A stretch of DNA of 63,586 nt, filler included, from Neolecta irregularis DAH-3 (lineage: Eukaryota): assembly GCA_001929475.1 (NCBI GenBank). It is 7 parts of 7 records of this genome, joined end to end, with 100 filler letters (N's around TTAATTAATTAA, not from the genome) between each part and the next. Parts side by side here need not be neighbours in the genome. Positions count along the whole stretch, not along the records: positions 29,875 to 46,707 come from LXFE01000120.1; positions 46,808 to 57,119 come from LXFE01002192.1; 5 more parts are not named here. One strand, written 5' to 3'. Position 1 is the first letter of the stretch, and each line of letters starts with the position of its first letter. Positions 39,051 through 52,921 of the stretch are shown piece by piece. The notes below the pieces were generated by a model. It did not search any database, had not been told where the DNA came from, and worked only from the letters and a program-made list of their open reading frames with translations. Position numbers and translations under genes: made by a program.

Positions 39051-41956
39051 ATGTCAGACTATGATGAAGATATCGATGAAGATGATTTTCTTGCAGCAGC
39101 CCAGAATATTGAAGAAGCCGCGAAACCCATTACTCCATCCCGGATACCAGGTCGTAGTTATGCGCAACTGGATCTCTTTGGAAGACGGACGGAAAATTCA
39201 CAAAGCTCGCAGAGATCTCTTTGTCGATCGAGTTCCAGGACATTTGATGAACCTCCTACGCATCATGAAATTGATTGCGAAGCTGCAAGATCTTGGATCT
39301 ATCCTACAAACTTGGGGTTTCGAGACTACCAATATAACATCACTCAAAAAGCTTTATTCCAAAACATACTCGTCGCTGTTCCCACTGGTCTCGGAAAGAC
39401 ATTTATTTCGTCATGTGTTATGCTTAATTATTACCGGTGGTTCCCCAAAGCAAAGATCATATTCATGGCACCTACAAAACCACTCGTTGCTCAACAAATC
39501 GAAGCATGTCTCAGAGTCTGTGGCATACCCCGGAGCGCGACCGCCAGACTCACTGGTCAGCAGAATAAGGAAACTCGAGCAGATGCATATGAGACCAGAC
39601 GCGTCTTTTTTGCTACTCCACAAACCATCCAGAATGATCTCAAAAGTCGATTGCTTGATAGGAAGTCAGTTGTATGTTTAGTAGTGGATGAAGCCCATCG
39701 AACCTCTGGAGCTTATTCTTACGGTGAGGTAGTCAAATTGATACGCGAAGAGAATAAAAGCCTACGAATCCTTGCGTTGACTGCAACTCCAGGGGGAGAC
39801 ATGGAGACAGTTCAAAATGTGGTCAATACTCTCTGCATTTCCAAAATCGAGATTCGGACCGAAGAAAGCATGGATGTTCAACGATACATAAACAGAAAAC
39901 ACATCAACACACATGTCTTGAGTTTATCAAAAGAGATTCTCGAATATCAAGACCTTTATTGCAAAGTGATGAGGCCTTTCTTTGAGAAAGTTAAACCCCT
40001 AAATCTTTATCAAATTTATGATTTATCCGCATTGACACCATTTGCTTGTATGCAAGCCAAAGAAACATATCGTACATCGTCAGCATTCAATCAGCATGCA
40101 CAACCTATTCGGCAGATGTATTTAGGCTACCTCTCGTATCTCGCTTCAATCTCCTACGCTTTGACACTTCTCCTACAGCATGGCATCGAACCCTTTTACA
40201 ATTATCTTTTCGCTAAGCGCGAGGATATCTTGAAAAAAGGGAACAAAGTCGGTAAAATGGATTCTCTGCTGTTGAACAGCCCAGAATTTAAGCAAATAAT
40301 GTCAAGAATCGAAGAGACGAAAGATTTACCGACATTTCAAGGTCACCCAAAGCTTCCAAGAATGACTGGTATCGTAATTGATCATTTTGTCCGTGCGCAG
40401 GACTCAAGTACACAAACTAGGGCAATGATCTTTGTGACATATCGTGATAGTGCAGATGTAATTGTTAAGACACTCAATCATCACAGACCTCTATGTAATG
40501 CTACCGTTTTCATTGGGCAAGCAGCTGCGAAGAAAGGCGGTGGTGTTGGAATGTCACAAAAAGAGCAACTCAAGGTATTTCACTGTCAGGCTCTTGTTGA
40601 TGAATAGACTATCGAAATGTTCAAGAATGGTCAACACAACATCCTCGTAGCCACATCTATAGGAGAGGAAGGTCTAGATATTGGTGATGTCGACTTGATC
40701 GTTTGCTACGATTCCTCGAGCTCTCCGATTCGAATGGTGTTCATTTAATTGAGTGACTGACTAATCCATAGCTACAACGTCTCGGCAGAACAGGTCGAAA
40801 ACGAGATGGAAGTATCGCGATTCTCCTCGTTTGCGGAAAGGAAGAACAGTCATGGCAACGTGCATCAGACAGCTACAGGACAATGCAGCAAAAGATTGCC
40901 AATGGCGAAGGGCTCGATTTATGTGACGGAGATCAAAGCCCACGGATCATACCCCGAGATACTCTGCCTTTTTGCAGAAAAGAAACAGTAGACATACCTG
41001 AAGAAAATTTATGCGATATCGGTAAAAGCCCTCTGAAGAAAAGGCGAGCTGTGCCAGTCAAGAAACGAGCAAAGACCTTTCATATGTCTGACGACGTTGA
41101 AACAGGCTTCGTCACCGCGGGCATGATTTCTCAAAAACTAACTTCGAAACGTTTGCCACCAGAAATTGAGCTCGAACCAGAGTATCCGCTGATCCCTGAA
41201 AGCTCGATCCTCGGATTGCTCACTACTGAGCAGGAATTGGAACTGGACAAAATTTACCGAAGCGGTGTTGCTGAAAATGCTGCTATGGAGCCCTTTTGTG
41301 TGGATGATCATATGAATCACATCCGGTTACCAGTTTTGACAAGAACGGCCAATTGTGGATTGCTCACACACAGGATAGCCGACCTTATTCGAAAGATACA
41401 CGAAATTGATGGCTCAATAACTGTACAATATCAAAACGAACTTTCTGCAGATGACAATAACATTTCCCTTCCGGTTTCGGTGATAAACTCGAAAGCAAAC
41501 CTGAAAACAAAACCATCTGTTCGGCCTGGTATGTTTAGTACAGCACCATCTGAGGTGGGGAAGCTAGTGATGGGAAAACGCAGAGGCTTAACAGAGGTTT
41601 CCACAAACATTGCCAAGCGGACGTAATAAATCACTGATATTCTTTTCAAACTGACTCGAAGCTTATCCTCATTCAAATCAGCCAGGGCTCTGATGAAAGA
41701 TAGTATCTCAGTCTCTGGAGATAGCGATATGATAGAAATCATCACAGATACGCCCCCTGATGACGATCTTATAGAGTCTAAATCGACAAAGAGGAAAAGT
41801 GACGAGGTTGACATGAGTACCAGTGACGATGAAGAACTTCCTTCTCTTAGTCAAGCTCTGACTTCGGGCTTTTCCTCTTCGAAACATTCCGATGGAAAGT
41901 TAAACTCAGCCAAGAAACAAAAGCATGTTATAATGAATGACGACGGTGATTATTAA
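39051..41956 (+). CDS. MPH1: FANCM-family DNA helicase
   Basis: [49 protein letters not shown]. Confidence 0.95.
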
Positions 41957-42123
41957 GTGTATGGAGATAATTCATATTGTGGAGCATTGATTTATCGACA
42001 TGGCGGCGATTCGGACAGGGCAATTGTGAATAGTGCTAAAAAATGGAGTTTATGGGTAATCGAGTTCGTCGAATTTGATTGTGGTGTACAACCTAACCTC
42101 CACATTTTTCTCCGTTATCTGCG

Positions 42124-42680
42124 ATGAACAAACCCTTTACGGGGGATTTATCTCTTCCACAAATCTCCAATAAAGACCTTTTGGGCTTTCACCAGAGCCA
42201 TTTCGGCCAAGCTGCACAAACGGTCTTTGCCGACTACCTTGCTGGTCAACAACTTGACCCCCTAATGGATGATACAGAATTTCTTGATGCGGAGGTAGAT
42301 GCAGTATACTATCCCGACGGAGTAAGACGAACACTAACTGATGAACAAATCGAAATGTTTCGTTGGTCTGAGGAGCAGGCCATTATTCGTACTGTTGTGC
42401 TTTTCCGCATCTCTTTGACATTACAGGAAGAAACATCAAAGAGGCAGAGGCAAAGGCGAATAATGATAATAATACCATTAAGACAATGGCTTCTTCAATT
42501 GAAAAGTCCCCTTCTATCCCAGGAACTCGCAGTCAAGAGTACAGAGATCGTCAACGTTTGCTCTATGGCGCTGATGCTAAGAAAATCTCGCAGCTGGAGG
42601 ATCAAATAGATGTGAACTATCAACGGACCATGGAACGCTCTAAATTCAAATACTGGCCTTCTATAGGCCTGCGCATATGA
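42124..42680 (+). CDS. Gemin8-like SMN-complex protein
   Basis: YYPDGVRRTLTDEQIEMFR plus C-terminus LLYGADAKKISQLEDQI...KYWPSIGLRI, similar to the Gemin8 C-terminus. Confidence 0.75.
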
Positions 42681-43411
42681 AATCATGGGGGCGGGACGTG
42701 TAACTGTTTCGATGATGAAGGTCACTGCTCACTGTCATCCTTGTCCGGATCTACCAGCCTTTTTGTGGTCTTTGATAGTAACCCCTGCGGTTTGCAAAGA
42801 CGACGAACTGGCTAGAAGTGAAGATAATGCAGGCCTCTTCTGAGATATTTTCTGTACACATACGTTTGTTGAAGAGACGGGAATTTACATTAATGCGCAT
42901 TCGATAACTATGAATATACAAAATATAATGAAAATCATTCTTCCAATCAACCACTCTTAATACACGGTTTCGCAAAATTAGATTCCATCAGATTAATCCA
43001 ATATTCAATAGACTCTTTCAACATTATGAGTGCGGTTTATTCGGTAAAGCTGGACCATTTCGTGCGATCGGAGACAACTGGGGTGACTTGGCGGTTATGG
43101 TATTAGACTCCGATGCTACAGTGACTGCGACAGTCGCGACCAGAATAATAGGGAACCGCATGTGATATAATAATGTCTGTTATTCTGCGGACAATGCGGT
43201 TTTATAGATTTTTGACCCAAGGCCGGATGTGGAAATATGGAAATCATTCCTGGACGCGATTTCCCGATTTCCCAATAGGGCACAGAATGTCCAGAAGTTG
43301 TCATTACCATGGCTCCCCAAAGAATCAAAAAGCCTTGTAATTATTGATAATTTTGAGTTTCTCACTATCTAAGCAATAATGGTTTTTTGCTGTTTGATCA
43401 CCTCTTTCATT

Positions 43412-44925
43412 ATGGTGAAATTTATCAATCCTCCACATCCGCTGGGAATCAAACCGTTCGGAAATGCGTTCCTAGCCTGTTCAAACTCTCGTTATAATCT
43501 AGGAGCCTTGGCATCGTTGTCAGACGAACTGCTTCTTGAAATTTGTGGTTTTTTCAGCCTGACCCATCTTCTCCATTTTGGGAGCCTTTCAAAGGCATGT
43601 TACGCATTTGGGTCGGCCGAAGAACTTTGGAAAAACCTTGTTGTAAGAAAGGCCCAGAGCGATTGTATTTGGAGAGGAAGTTGGAGAAAAACAGCACTGA
43701 ATATGACCGATGCCGAAGTGGCACATATACACATTGACAATTTTTATTCCGACATTTTATACCGGCCTTATATGAACGCGTTCATTGATCTCAGCGGATT
43801 GCCAAGGGACGACACGATTCCGCGCTTGAGCAACCTTAGTCAAGACGAATTCTCAACAAAGTGGTCTAACCAACCTTTCATACTCACAGAAGTCGTCCCA
43901 AAATGGAGTGCATCCCATTGGGATATCGATTATCTTCTTGAGAAACATGGCGATCATATTTTCCGAGCGGAATGTGTGGACTGGAAACTACGGACATATA
44001 TTGACTACCTACGAAACAATCAAGACGAAAGCCCTCTCTATTTATTTGATAAAGGTTTTGTTGAGAAGGAAGGAGGAACCCTCGGTGACGACTATCAATC
44101 TCCCTATGAGGTGTTTGGTAGAGACTATTTTGAAATTTTGGGAGCAGATCGACCCGGTAAACATTTCCTTCATCTGAACGACTAATCTATTGTGCAGATT
44201 ATCGCTGGTTGATTATAGGACCTGCTCGATCTGGGAGTACTTTCCACAAGGTGAACTGACAAAATATATCCCTAATCCTTCAGGATCCAAATGGTACATC
44301 GGCATGGAATGCAGTTATTACTGGAGCGAAATTTTGGATTATGTTCCCACCAAATCAAACACCACCAGGCGTTTTCGTAACGCCAGGTTCGACTTTTATT
44401 TAAGCTTGGTTCTGAACTCTAGACGAAGCAGAAGTCACTTCGCCCTCGTCGATAGCAGAATGGGTATCTGGGTTCTTACCAGAAGCTCGACGAACAGGAT
44501 GTCTCGAAGGGGTGTGCCATGCTGGAGAGATCTTGCATGTTCCCTCAGGTTAGTTTGCTAGTTGTATTTTAAGCTCAATAGTAGGCTGGTGGCACTTGGT
44601 CGTTAATCTGAGCGAGTCGATAGCCATAGTAATCCTTTTCCTCTAAAGCTTCTAATAGTAAAAGACTCAGAACTTTGTCCCGGAAGCGCACTTACCGAAA
44701 GTCTTGTCTTTTCTAAAAAATAAGCCGGATCAGATCAGCGGATTTAAGGATTGTAAGGATGCCTATGAGGAATTTGAGAAGCAGTTGGAACACAACTTTC
44801 CAGAGGAGCTGGCTCGTGCAAAAGGAAAGATAACAGCGTCGAGAGGGCCAAAGAAGCACAAATGGAATCAACTTAGGGCAAGCGAAACTTCAATGTCTTT
44901 TTCATTTGGATTCGCTGATGAGTGA
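43412..44925 (+). CDS. F-box + JMJD6-type JmjC protein
   Basis: HPLGIKPFGN, F-box LSDELLLEI, DESPLYLFD, GPARSGSTFHKDPNGTSAWN, VPSGWWHLV. Confidence 0.92.
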
Positions 44926-45265
44926 AATATCAGCGAGAGAGTAGGGACGACTAAATGGGAATTTCATTGGCAATTGAGTATACGGCGAGGTATGAAACCT
45001 TTACATATATTCTGCATAAATTCCTTGTCTCAGCCAGAGTTCATTTTAGGAAGTAGCCAAGATAGGCATGGGTCAGATGATGCAATTCGAGTGATTCCTT
45101 TTTGTATTTATCTTCCTGTGAATTGCTGGGATACATTTGCCATATTTCTGAGTAGTTTGTACTCGTAGTGTTCACGATGGGGATATCTAACCAGCGATAT
45201 CCAGTAGATAGACTATTCTTTGAGTGACATTTGTACGATTTGTGCTACTTCTCCGACTGCACTTG

Positions 45266-46049
45266 ATGATCAACTCCGAATCCGACGTCAAACCCTTACA
45301 TCTAATGCTCGACCATTTAGTCCAGCGGTTCAACCAGTACCCTGAAACCGTAATTCTCCGTAATTCCGCTCTCTTTCATAGAATTCCAATTTGTAGACTT
45401 CTTCAGTCTCTTACGACGGAATCCGCCTGATCAACCATCGCCGTACTTGAAAATCTATCTCCTCCGCAAATCCTATGTGCGGAGTCTATTGGACTGCCGC
45501 TTTGACGTTCAGTTCATAAGATATGTTGAAGAACTCGAAAGTTCCCGCCGCAGAACAGCTCGAGAAGGCCCGAAAGAGAACTTCTATCTTAGACTATATG
45601 ATTACTTAGACATTAATCTTCGTCGCTTCGTACGATCCGTCTTGTGACATGACTAATTCTAGACGGTTCTTTATGAGATGTCACAGAAACCATTTCCTAC
45701 GAACGACGTTAACAATGCTACTGAATCATTATACCCAGTTCCTAGTCCCGATCGCGCAGCAATGCTAAGATTGGCTGAAATTTGTAAGCATGATCGGTCA
45801 TGCCTGGGGGAAATATTAAACATTGTTCAATGGGAGAATGTTTATATGGCAGTATCAAAGTATTTGGATCTTTGTACTGAATTCGAACGATTTAAGGAAA
45901 CGGGATTCAGAGATAAGACGCTCTTAGAAACGGTATCTAGTCAGGATGAAGTGTTTGATGCTGACTTTTAGATTGATTTCAATGGACAGGAAGCCGATTG
46001 GGAGGACCTGACAGTGGACGAGGCCTCGGAGATGATTCAAGAGAAATAA
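45266..46049 (+). CDS. hypothetical multi-exon protein (boundaries uncertain)
   Basis: Series of + ORFs separated by intron-like segments. Confidence 0.35.
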
Positions 46050-46117
46050 TTTAACAAACCAAACATCCTATAGCACGCAGGTAATCATTGTTGAGTTTTT
46101 GGAATCAGGGTATCACA

Positions 46118-46200
46118 TGAAAAAGCCCATCTTGGCATAAAAGCCAAGCCCATGGGCTTTTCATGGGCCGGGCTAAGCCCATGGCCCGTCCACAACACTG
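46118..46200 (-). mobile_element. hAT-like transposon end with GCCCATGG subterminal repeats; related end at 58450-58499
   Basis: Minus strand begins CAGTGTTGTGGACGGGCC; 58450 reads CAGTGTTGGGGATGGGTC...GGCCCATGA. Confidence 0.5.
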
Positions 46201-46409
46201 TACACTGCCTGTAACGTGTTGAGCTCTTTATGTACAAATAATACTAGTTTATATTCCTTAATCTAAGCTTGTAGACTTTATGAGCTTAGGTTAAGGTATG
46301 CCCGCTAAGTTAAATACAATTGCCGTTATTTCTTTTCCGCCACTTGCGTCATTGGTAAGATATATCCGGTAATATCCCGGATATATCATTACACTGCCCA
46401 ACGGTTTAA

Positions 46410-46707
46410 TTAGAGACAGAACATGCTTTGTAACGTTGTTGCTAGTGCTATCAAACTTGTGAAGGAAAATATCCATGCTGCGAGTGACTTAATACATGTA
46501 GGAATCACCATAGCCTCAAAACATATATATAATGCCTGGATTTCGCAGAAGACAATGAATGTCCACATACCGGCCCACCTGTAAGTGGCAAATGTTGCAT
46601 AGCCGTGGAATATCCCGCTGACCAAAAATCCACCCATCAGGCCAAGAGGCCGTCCGAATCGCGCGAGAGGGTAATATCCAATAGACATCATCGGGGACCG
46701 TACAAGC
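46410..46707 (-). CDS. 3' part of a wax-synthase-type (MBOAT_2) acyltransferase, cut by contig end
   Basis: FLVSGIFHGY motif followed by hydrophobic helices. Confidence 0.6.
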
Positions 46708-46807
46708 NNNNNNNNNNNNNNNNNNNNNNNNNNNNNNNNNNNNNNNNNNNNTTAATTAATTAANNNNNNNNNNNNNNNNNNNNNNNNNNNNNNNNNNNNN
46801 NNNNNNN

Positions 46808-46916
46808 CCCCACCAGCTTGCCACCGCCACCGCCAAAGTATCGGAACAAGCACAAGGAGCAGCAAGGGCCACCAATCATCCCAGTCGGGCCTGCCACAGG
46901 CATCGCCACCCAGCAG
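46808..46916 (+). repeat. 109-bp repeat copy (see 30589-30697)
   Basis: Direct alignment. Confidence 0.92.
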
Positions 46917-48336
46917 GCAAGAAGAGGTAAAAGCAAGCGAGACATTATAGAAGTGATACAGTTCGATAAATGAAACAATATATGCTCTCAGAGATTTTTG
47001 TAGCTTCACAGGACTCTGGATGTAATATATTGTAAGCTATGCGCTTGGAAGTACGATAAGACCAAGTGATATAACTAGCCTAAGTAAACGTACTTGGCTA
47101 GGTAAGTCTAACATCCGTCTTTATATACAATCTCTTCCAAGCCTCTATACCTAGTTGATACGGTATTGCCGTATTGGTAAGGGTATACCCGAGGGTATAT
47201 CATTACATATATGGGCGAAAGAAATGCCTACTGAATTTAATAAAGGAATACTGTCGTTAATTCAAAAGACCCAACTACCTCTAATCATTTAGTCATATAT
47301 TTGATCTCATGATCGAGAAATGTGGGAAATAGCCGTGTAGATCTATAAGTTTCCCCGACCGGCTTGGTGAAATTCGTAGAAGCAGAGCACATCTCGATTA
47401 GCAGATCCTGAACATAAAACAGGATTATCTGGGATATTGCAGAAAATCTAGTAACTTGCATTTCGCTTCAGTTTTGGATGGGTATTCTTTCTGTTGCCTC
47501 TTGTGTAAGTAAGTGTGTAAATATTTGTAAGAAAATAGATCGATCAGACTTTGAAAATTTCGAACCTAAAAAAGATGAAGCTTTGTGGTATCGAGAAGAG
47601 AGAGCAAGAGTTCCTCCGCTTCTGTAATATCTATACTCCACTGCACAGAGCTGTGACAAAAGGGTTTCGAAGTATGAGAATGTAGAGCCTCCGCTAAACT
47701 ATATGGACCGAGAAATAGGACCACGTTGTGATGGCCTTGTTTTACTTACACTAGCGGAAACGATCAAGCGACATCCTTTCAAGTCAGGATAGAATTCCAA
47801 CAGGTTTCGTGAGAAAATATCAAGGACTCGCTTCCCTTGAACCCCGTCCAGGAATGGAACATGCCGGTCAACATCTTTGAAAAGGCTATAAGTCAATTTG
47901 ACTTTCGCTGAGGTCATCTTCTGGGCTCTATTACGTTCTGTAATACGAAACACGACGACTGGGTGAAATCGATGCTTTGACACAAAGAACATCGCTTTAT
48001 TCGAGTCAAGCGGTTCGTTACCACCACTTTTAACCTCATGGATATCATTTTAAAGATATTCAACCAGGGTGGAGCAACATTCTTTTTGAAGGATACCAGA
48101 GGGTAATTCGCTGTTTAGGCTTGAGCGTGTAACAGCCTGAAATTCTCAAATAGCATAATCATCATTTCCTGTTATGGTCGCTCTGGTCTTTACCGTTTCG
48201 CTGCCCTAGCGGAATGTCACGTGTTGTACTTGTCATCAAGCGGGGAGAGCCAGCATTAACAACCACGCTTCGTCCTTTGTCACATTAAAGTTATCAAGGA
48301 CGCTTTCTTCTTCTTCGCTACCAATAGGTATATACA

Positions 48337-49324
48337 ATGAGCTGGTCAGGTGTATTCTGCCTTATATGCAGTCTTAACCTCCCAGGCTTCAAGAAGGCAG
48401 TTAACCGCGCTGGGACATCAGTCATGATGAAGACTGGTCATGTCGATAGAACTATCGACAGACAATTTGAAATTGAAGAGAGGAGGTTTCGAACGTGCAC
48501 CCCCTCTTTAAGTAGTGGTCATTCAACTGAATAGTATGGAAACGGCTGCAAATAAACTCCAGAAGGAAGCCAAGGGATATTTGGATTCACTACGAGGCAC
48601 CAATGTACAAATAGTATAGAATGCTGACAGTGAAGCAATGACAGCCGCCCAAACTCGCATTGCCGAGACCATAGATGCCTTTTATGGAGAAGTAGGCACT
48701 GCAGATGGCATCAGCGGGTATTACAGACAGGTTGTGGAAGAGTTAGACGCAGAGACGGTAAAAGAGCTCGTATGTCTTTCATTTTATGATAGACCCTTAC
48801 CAATCAGGATGGACCATATCGGACAACCGTCCTTGAACCAATATCTCGCTTTTGCGCGTACTTTCCAGACATCAACGAAGCTATCAAAAAACGTCAACAT
48901 AAGCTCCTCGACTATGATTCAATGCGATCCAAAGTCAAGAAACTCGTCGACAAACCTTCTGATGACGCTCAGAAATTACCCAGGGTATATATATATCCAT
49001 TACTATGACGTTAATTGATAATAGGCCGAAAAAGAAGCTCAAATAGCCAAAGAAGTATACGAGCGGCTTAACGAACAACTTTCTACTGAGCTACCACAGC
49101 TCATTGACCTTCGAGTACCTTATCTTGACCCCTCATTCGAAGCGTTGGTAAAAATACAACTTCGGTTTTGTCAAGAAGGGTATCAAAAGATGGCACAGGT
49201 ACAGCAATACCTCGATGCAAACGTCCGGGAGGAATATGCGCAGGGCGCTTTGGACCAGAAGGTTGAGCAAGTTTTACAAGAGATGAGGGAGTTGAGTATC
49301 GCAGGACTGGGAGCTGGAGCTTAA
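48337..49324 (+). CDS. RVS161: BAR adaptor Rvs161/Hob3
   Basis: MSWSGFKKAVNRAGT, LDSLRAMT, LDGPYR, LRVPYLDPSFEALVKIQ. Confidence 0.97.
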
Positions 49325-49430
49325 AATATATTTAATAGGCTGGTCTTGTATACAGAAGGTGTCAGTCAGGTTTACAATTTATGAATGAGTCAAGGCTATT
49401 ATGAAAGTCGTGGTGAAGGAAGACTTTCTG

Positions 49431-49943
49431 TCAGAAAAGTTGTGAAAGAAGAGTGGATACTTTGAACGCGACACCGGTAGTTAGAAAATATTTGAGGCTG
49501 TTTATTTGCAAGTTCCCATCTTCGGTGATACCCAGCAAGCGAGTGATTCGTCTCCACGGAATGACAATTATATTTATCGAAGCGAGGAACTACAACTTGA
49601 GATCTTTTGTGAGTTGAATTTACCTTCAGAAGCAATGCAGCTCCAACGATAATTAAAAGAATCGTTCGTCCGAATCGAGCGACGAGCACTCCACAAGCTA
49701 AGCCCATTATGCTTCCGGAACTGGCCTGCTGGAAATCGAATACTGGTTTGGTGTAAGGTTTCAAGGTTGTGTGTTCTTCTATATCAGCTCCGTATGTTCG
49801 CAATGATCAGGACCTTCACATTTCAGTCCTCTAGATTGACAAGTTGCTCGCCGCAAGATGGAAGCAACAGATGCGCTGCCGACAGTAGTTGCTGCGATTC
49901 TGGCTGATCTCATCGTCAATAATGGAATCCTGAAAGAAGCCAT
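49431..49943 (-). CDS. FUN14/FUNDC-like mitochondrial protein with an apparent frameshift
   Basis: Basic presequence; QASSGSIMGLACGVLVARFGR; IIVIPW; frame change near 49808. Confidence 0.6.
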
Positions 49944-50030
49944 ATTGACCCAATTCGCAGAGTTTGATACTCCCGACTTAAGGCGGTTTCAGAACTACTA
50001 CGTCATTGCCTTCCTTCCTACTCCACACCC

Positions 50031-51349
50031 ATGACTGAACTTCACGGCTCGTATCATCCAACACAACTTCAATTCTTGGCTTACGGTCCGGGATGCCTGT
50101 TCCAACTCCCCGCTGTTTTAGAAAAGCTTGAATGTTCCGGAGTATAATCAAATCGAGATATATGAAGCTGAGGGTGAGACAAAAGCATTCATCATTACCG
50201 GCAAGTCCTTGAGAGACAAGACTCCTGTAATCCTCCATATCGAGGAGCTCCTTGGGATACACCATGCAGGAACATTCAGTGAGATTAGTCAGCACTCGCC
50301 GATGTCGCACATACGCAGAGCCGTGAAATTCGTAAACGAGAGTAAAGCTGATTTTTTGATATCCGTTGGAGGGGGTAATATCTAGTGGCATACACTATAA
50401 TGACGGAGAGGCTCTCCTATCGATTCCACCAAGGCAATCTCCTATGAAATCCACAAGAGCTCGGGTAAATGGCTGCCGCATATAGCAATCCCCACAACGC
50501 TCTCGGCTGCTGGTACATTCCCTCTACTGTCAGGTCTGATACTATAGAGTACACGCAACAGGCAGGTTTCACTAACGAAGAAGGGAACAAGACAGGGGTT
50601 GCTGATCCACATATTATTCCCAGAGCAGTCATCCTCGATGCCCGCTTGACCACTTTCACTCCTGAGACACTCTGGTTGTCAAGTGGAATTCGAGCGCTTG
50701 ATCATGCAGTTGAACTTTTGTATCATCCTCAGGCTTCTGAATATCCCTCGAAACAGTAACGCAACAACCTAGATTCATTGACAAGTTTAGACTCGCACTG
50801 CGCGCTATTGCGGATCTTTTTGAATACCTTCCAAAATCCAAGAAGGATTGTGATGATATTGATGCTCGTCAACACCTACAACTCGCTGCCTTTGGGTCAC
50901 TTTTTCCCTTCTTGTTCACAGGCGGTATTGGATTAAGGTTTTTATGGAAAACTTTCTTTTTTAATTTCTTTAGTCACAATCTCGGTCGTGCACTCGGTGC
51001 AACATATTCGATTGGCCATGGTATCAACAATAAATATCTGCATCACTGACATTAAGGTATATGTTCATGTCTGACTCTCTCTGCAGTTGTCCGTTACAAA
51101 TCAAAGAACCTGCCCGAAGCATCACAAATATCTCGAATCCTTGGCCCTCTCGGTTTTACACCCACTGGTTCTCCAGAAAAAGACGCCCTCATTATAGCCG
51201 AAAAAATAGATGAGCTTATCGAAACATTGGGTCTTAAAACCAACCTGAAAGAACAAAACATACCGGGTGGAGAGGCCCAAGTTATTGCTGAACGAGCTGG
51301 GCATGAAGGCAAGCAAGAGATCATTAAACTTGTTGAAGGTTTATATTAA
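50031..51349 (+). CDS. iron-containing alcohol dehydrogenase / maleylacetate reductase-like
   Basis: SVGGGSPIDSTK, IPTTLSAAE, SGIRALDHAVE, GLSHNLGRALGA. Confidence 0.9.
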
Positions 51350-51364
51350 ACTGTTAATGTCGAT

Positions 51365-52870
51365 TTACTTAGTTTTGGTATGTGACGGTGACATTTTGGA
51401 AGTATATATCCTTACCAAAAGGTAGAAGAACCCAAAGAATATACCCAAGGCTGTTCCGATTTGCGACAACGCATAATGTGAATTGTGAACTGTTGGCATA
51501 AGAACCTGTAAAGGGTCCAAAGAGGCAGGAGGAATAAAATGAAACAAGTTATTGGACCCGAATATCGAGGCGATGAGATGATCATTAGAGATTTCTGGGC
51601 CTTGGAATTCAGTATGTGTACAATTACATTCTTACTTCCAGGGCAAACCCACAGGATTTGTGGCACCGATATTTCAATAGCAACATCTTCTTTACTGTCG
51701 TTGGGAAGTTGATATCTGAGATGCATGGGAACATCGATATTTTCTTTGACTTGTAAAACCAAAACACTTCCCCAGCCATGGACTTTCCACACGGGTGCTT
51801 CGAGATCACGTTCTCCCCATATACCAATCATACTTTGCAAACCGCCTACACTCGTTTGTATTTGATCCGAGAGCTGGTATTTATCGATGAATATGGATTT
51901 TGGAATAGTGTATACCGCATTAAGATTACAATTCTCTAGAGGAGCGATATCGGAGATCTGAGTGCGGACAACTGGATGAAAGGCTTGTTCAGTTGACATA
52001 TGTGTCGAATGTCGGCCTCGAGCTGTAGTTACAGATCGACTTGAAATCTTTGATTTTTCTTGCCATGAGCTTGATTAACGGTGTGTATAATGGCGTACTT
52101 GGTTCTCCAAATGATGTATTGTAATCGAGAACCTGATATCCGTGATGTGGAATAGATTTCACGAGTGACAGTCTCGTATGACCCTGTCTTTGTCGCAGTA
52201 TGTCTAGAAGATGATTGTTCTTTTTGTATAGATACCGAACTTTGAGCGACACCGATTCTTCTACAGGATTAATAGTTATTCTGAGAAACGAGGCTTCTGC
52301 AAGATTCAAGTGGTCATTAAGGTTGTGGAACAGTAATTTCTTTTCAAATCTATCCAGATGATCTTGTGAAAAGAAGTAGTCTTTTCCATTGAGCGCAATG
52401 AATGTTTTCTTGACTTTAACAAACAGTACAATCGAAGGATTTACCGTGAAAACATCGGAAGTTTGTCCAGGGCCGATTAGGGTAATGAGATATGCTGCCA
52501 ATTCTCCTGATCTGGTATTAGTATCACAATATCAGTAGTTCATACAAATTAATTGTATTGATATCCTGTGTTATAATATGCAGCCCTGCTGGGAGTTGTG
52601 GATCGAATACCTCGGGTAGATCTTTGAAGTCTTTTCCAACCCAGTAAACATTAACTCGCACCTGTTCAATCGAGTCCTATAATTACCAATATGATAAAGA
52701 TCCTAGTATACGGTCCCCAAAAATTCCTTAATTCCAACTGTGAATTCACGTTCGAAACTGTGCCATTCAATAGTTAATGCCTCAACCCCTTTTCTTTGAA
52801 TATCGCTTTCAAGATCGATCAAATCCACGCTATCTCCGAGAACAAGAGTGGTAACTGATTCATGGATCAT
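51365..52870 (-). CDS. PBN1: GPI mannosyltransferase I subunit PIG-X/Pbn1
   Basis: FIDKYQL, GERDLEAPVWKVHGWGS, VPMHLRY, C-terminal TM and KTK ER-retention-like tail. Confidence 0.85.
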
Positions 52871-52921
52871 CGTTGGGAGATAGACAGGATGTTGGTGGAG
52901 TCCAGGCCGACATTTACCTCC

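Noticed and set aside
47390-48170. Minus-strand ORF pieces upstream of RVS161
   Set aside because: May be a gene or pseudogene, but has no recognisable motif or clean gene model
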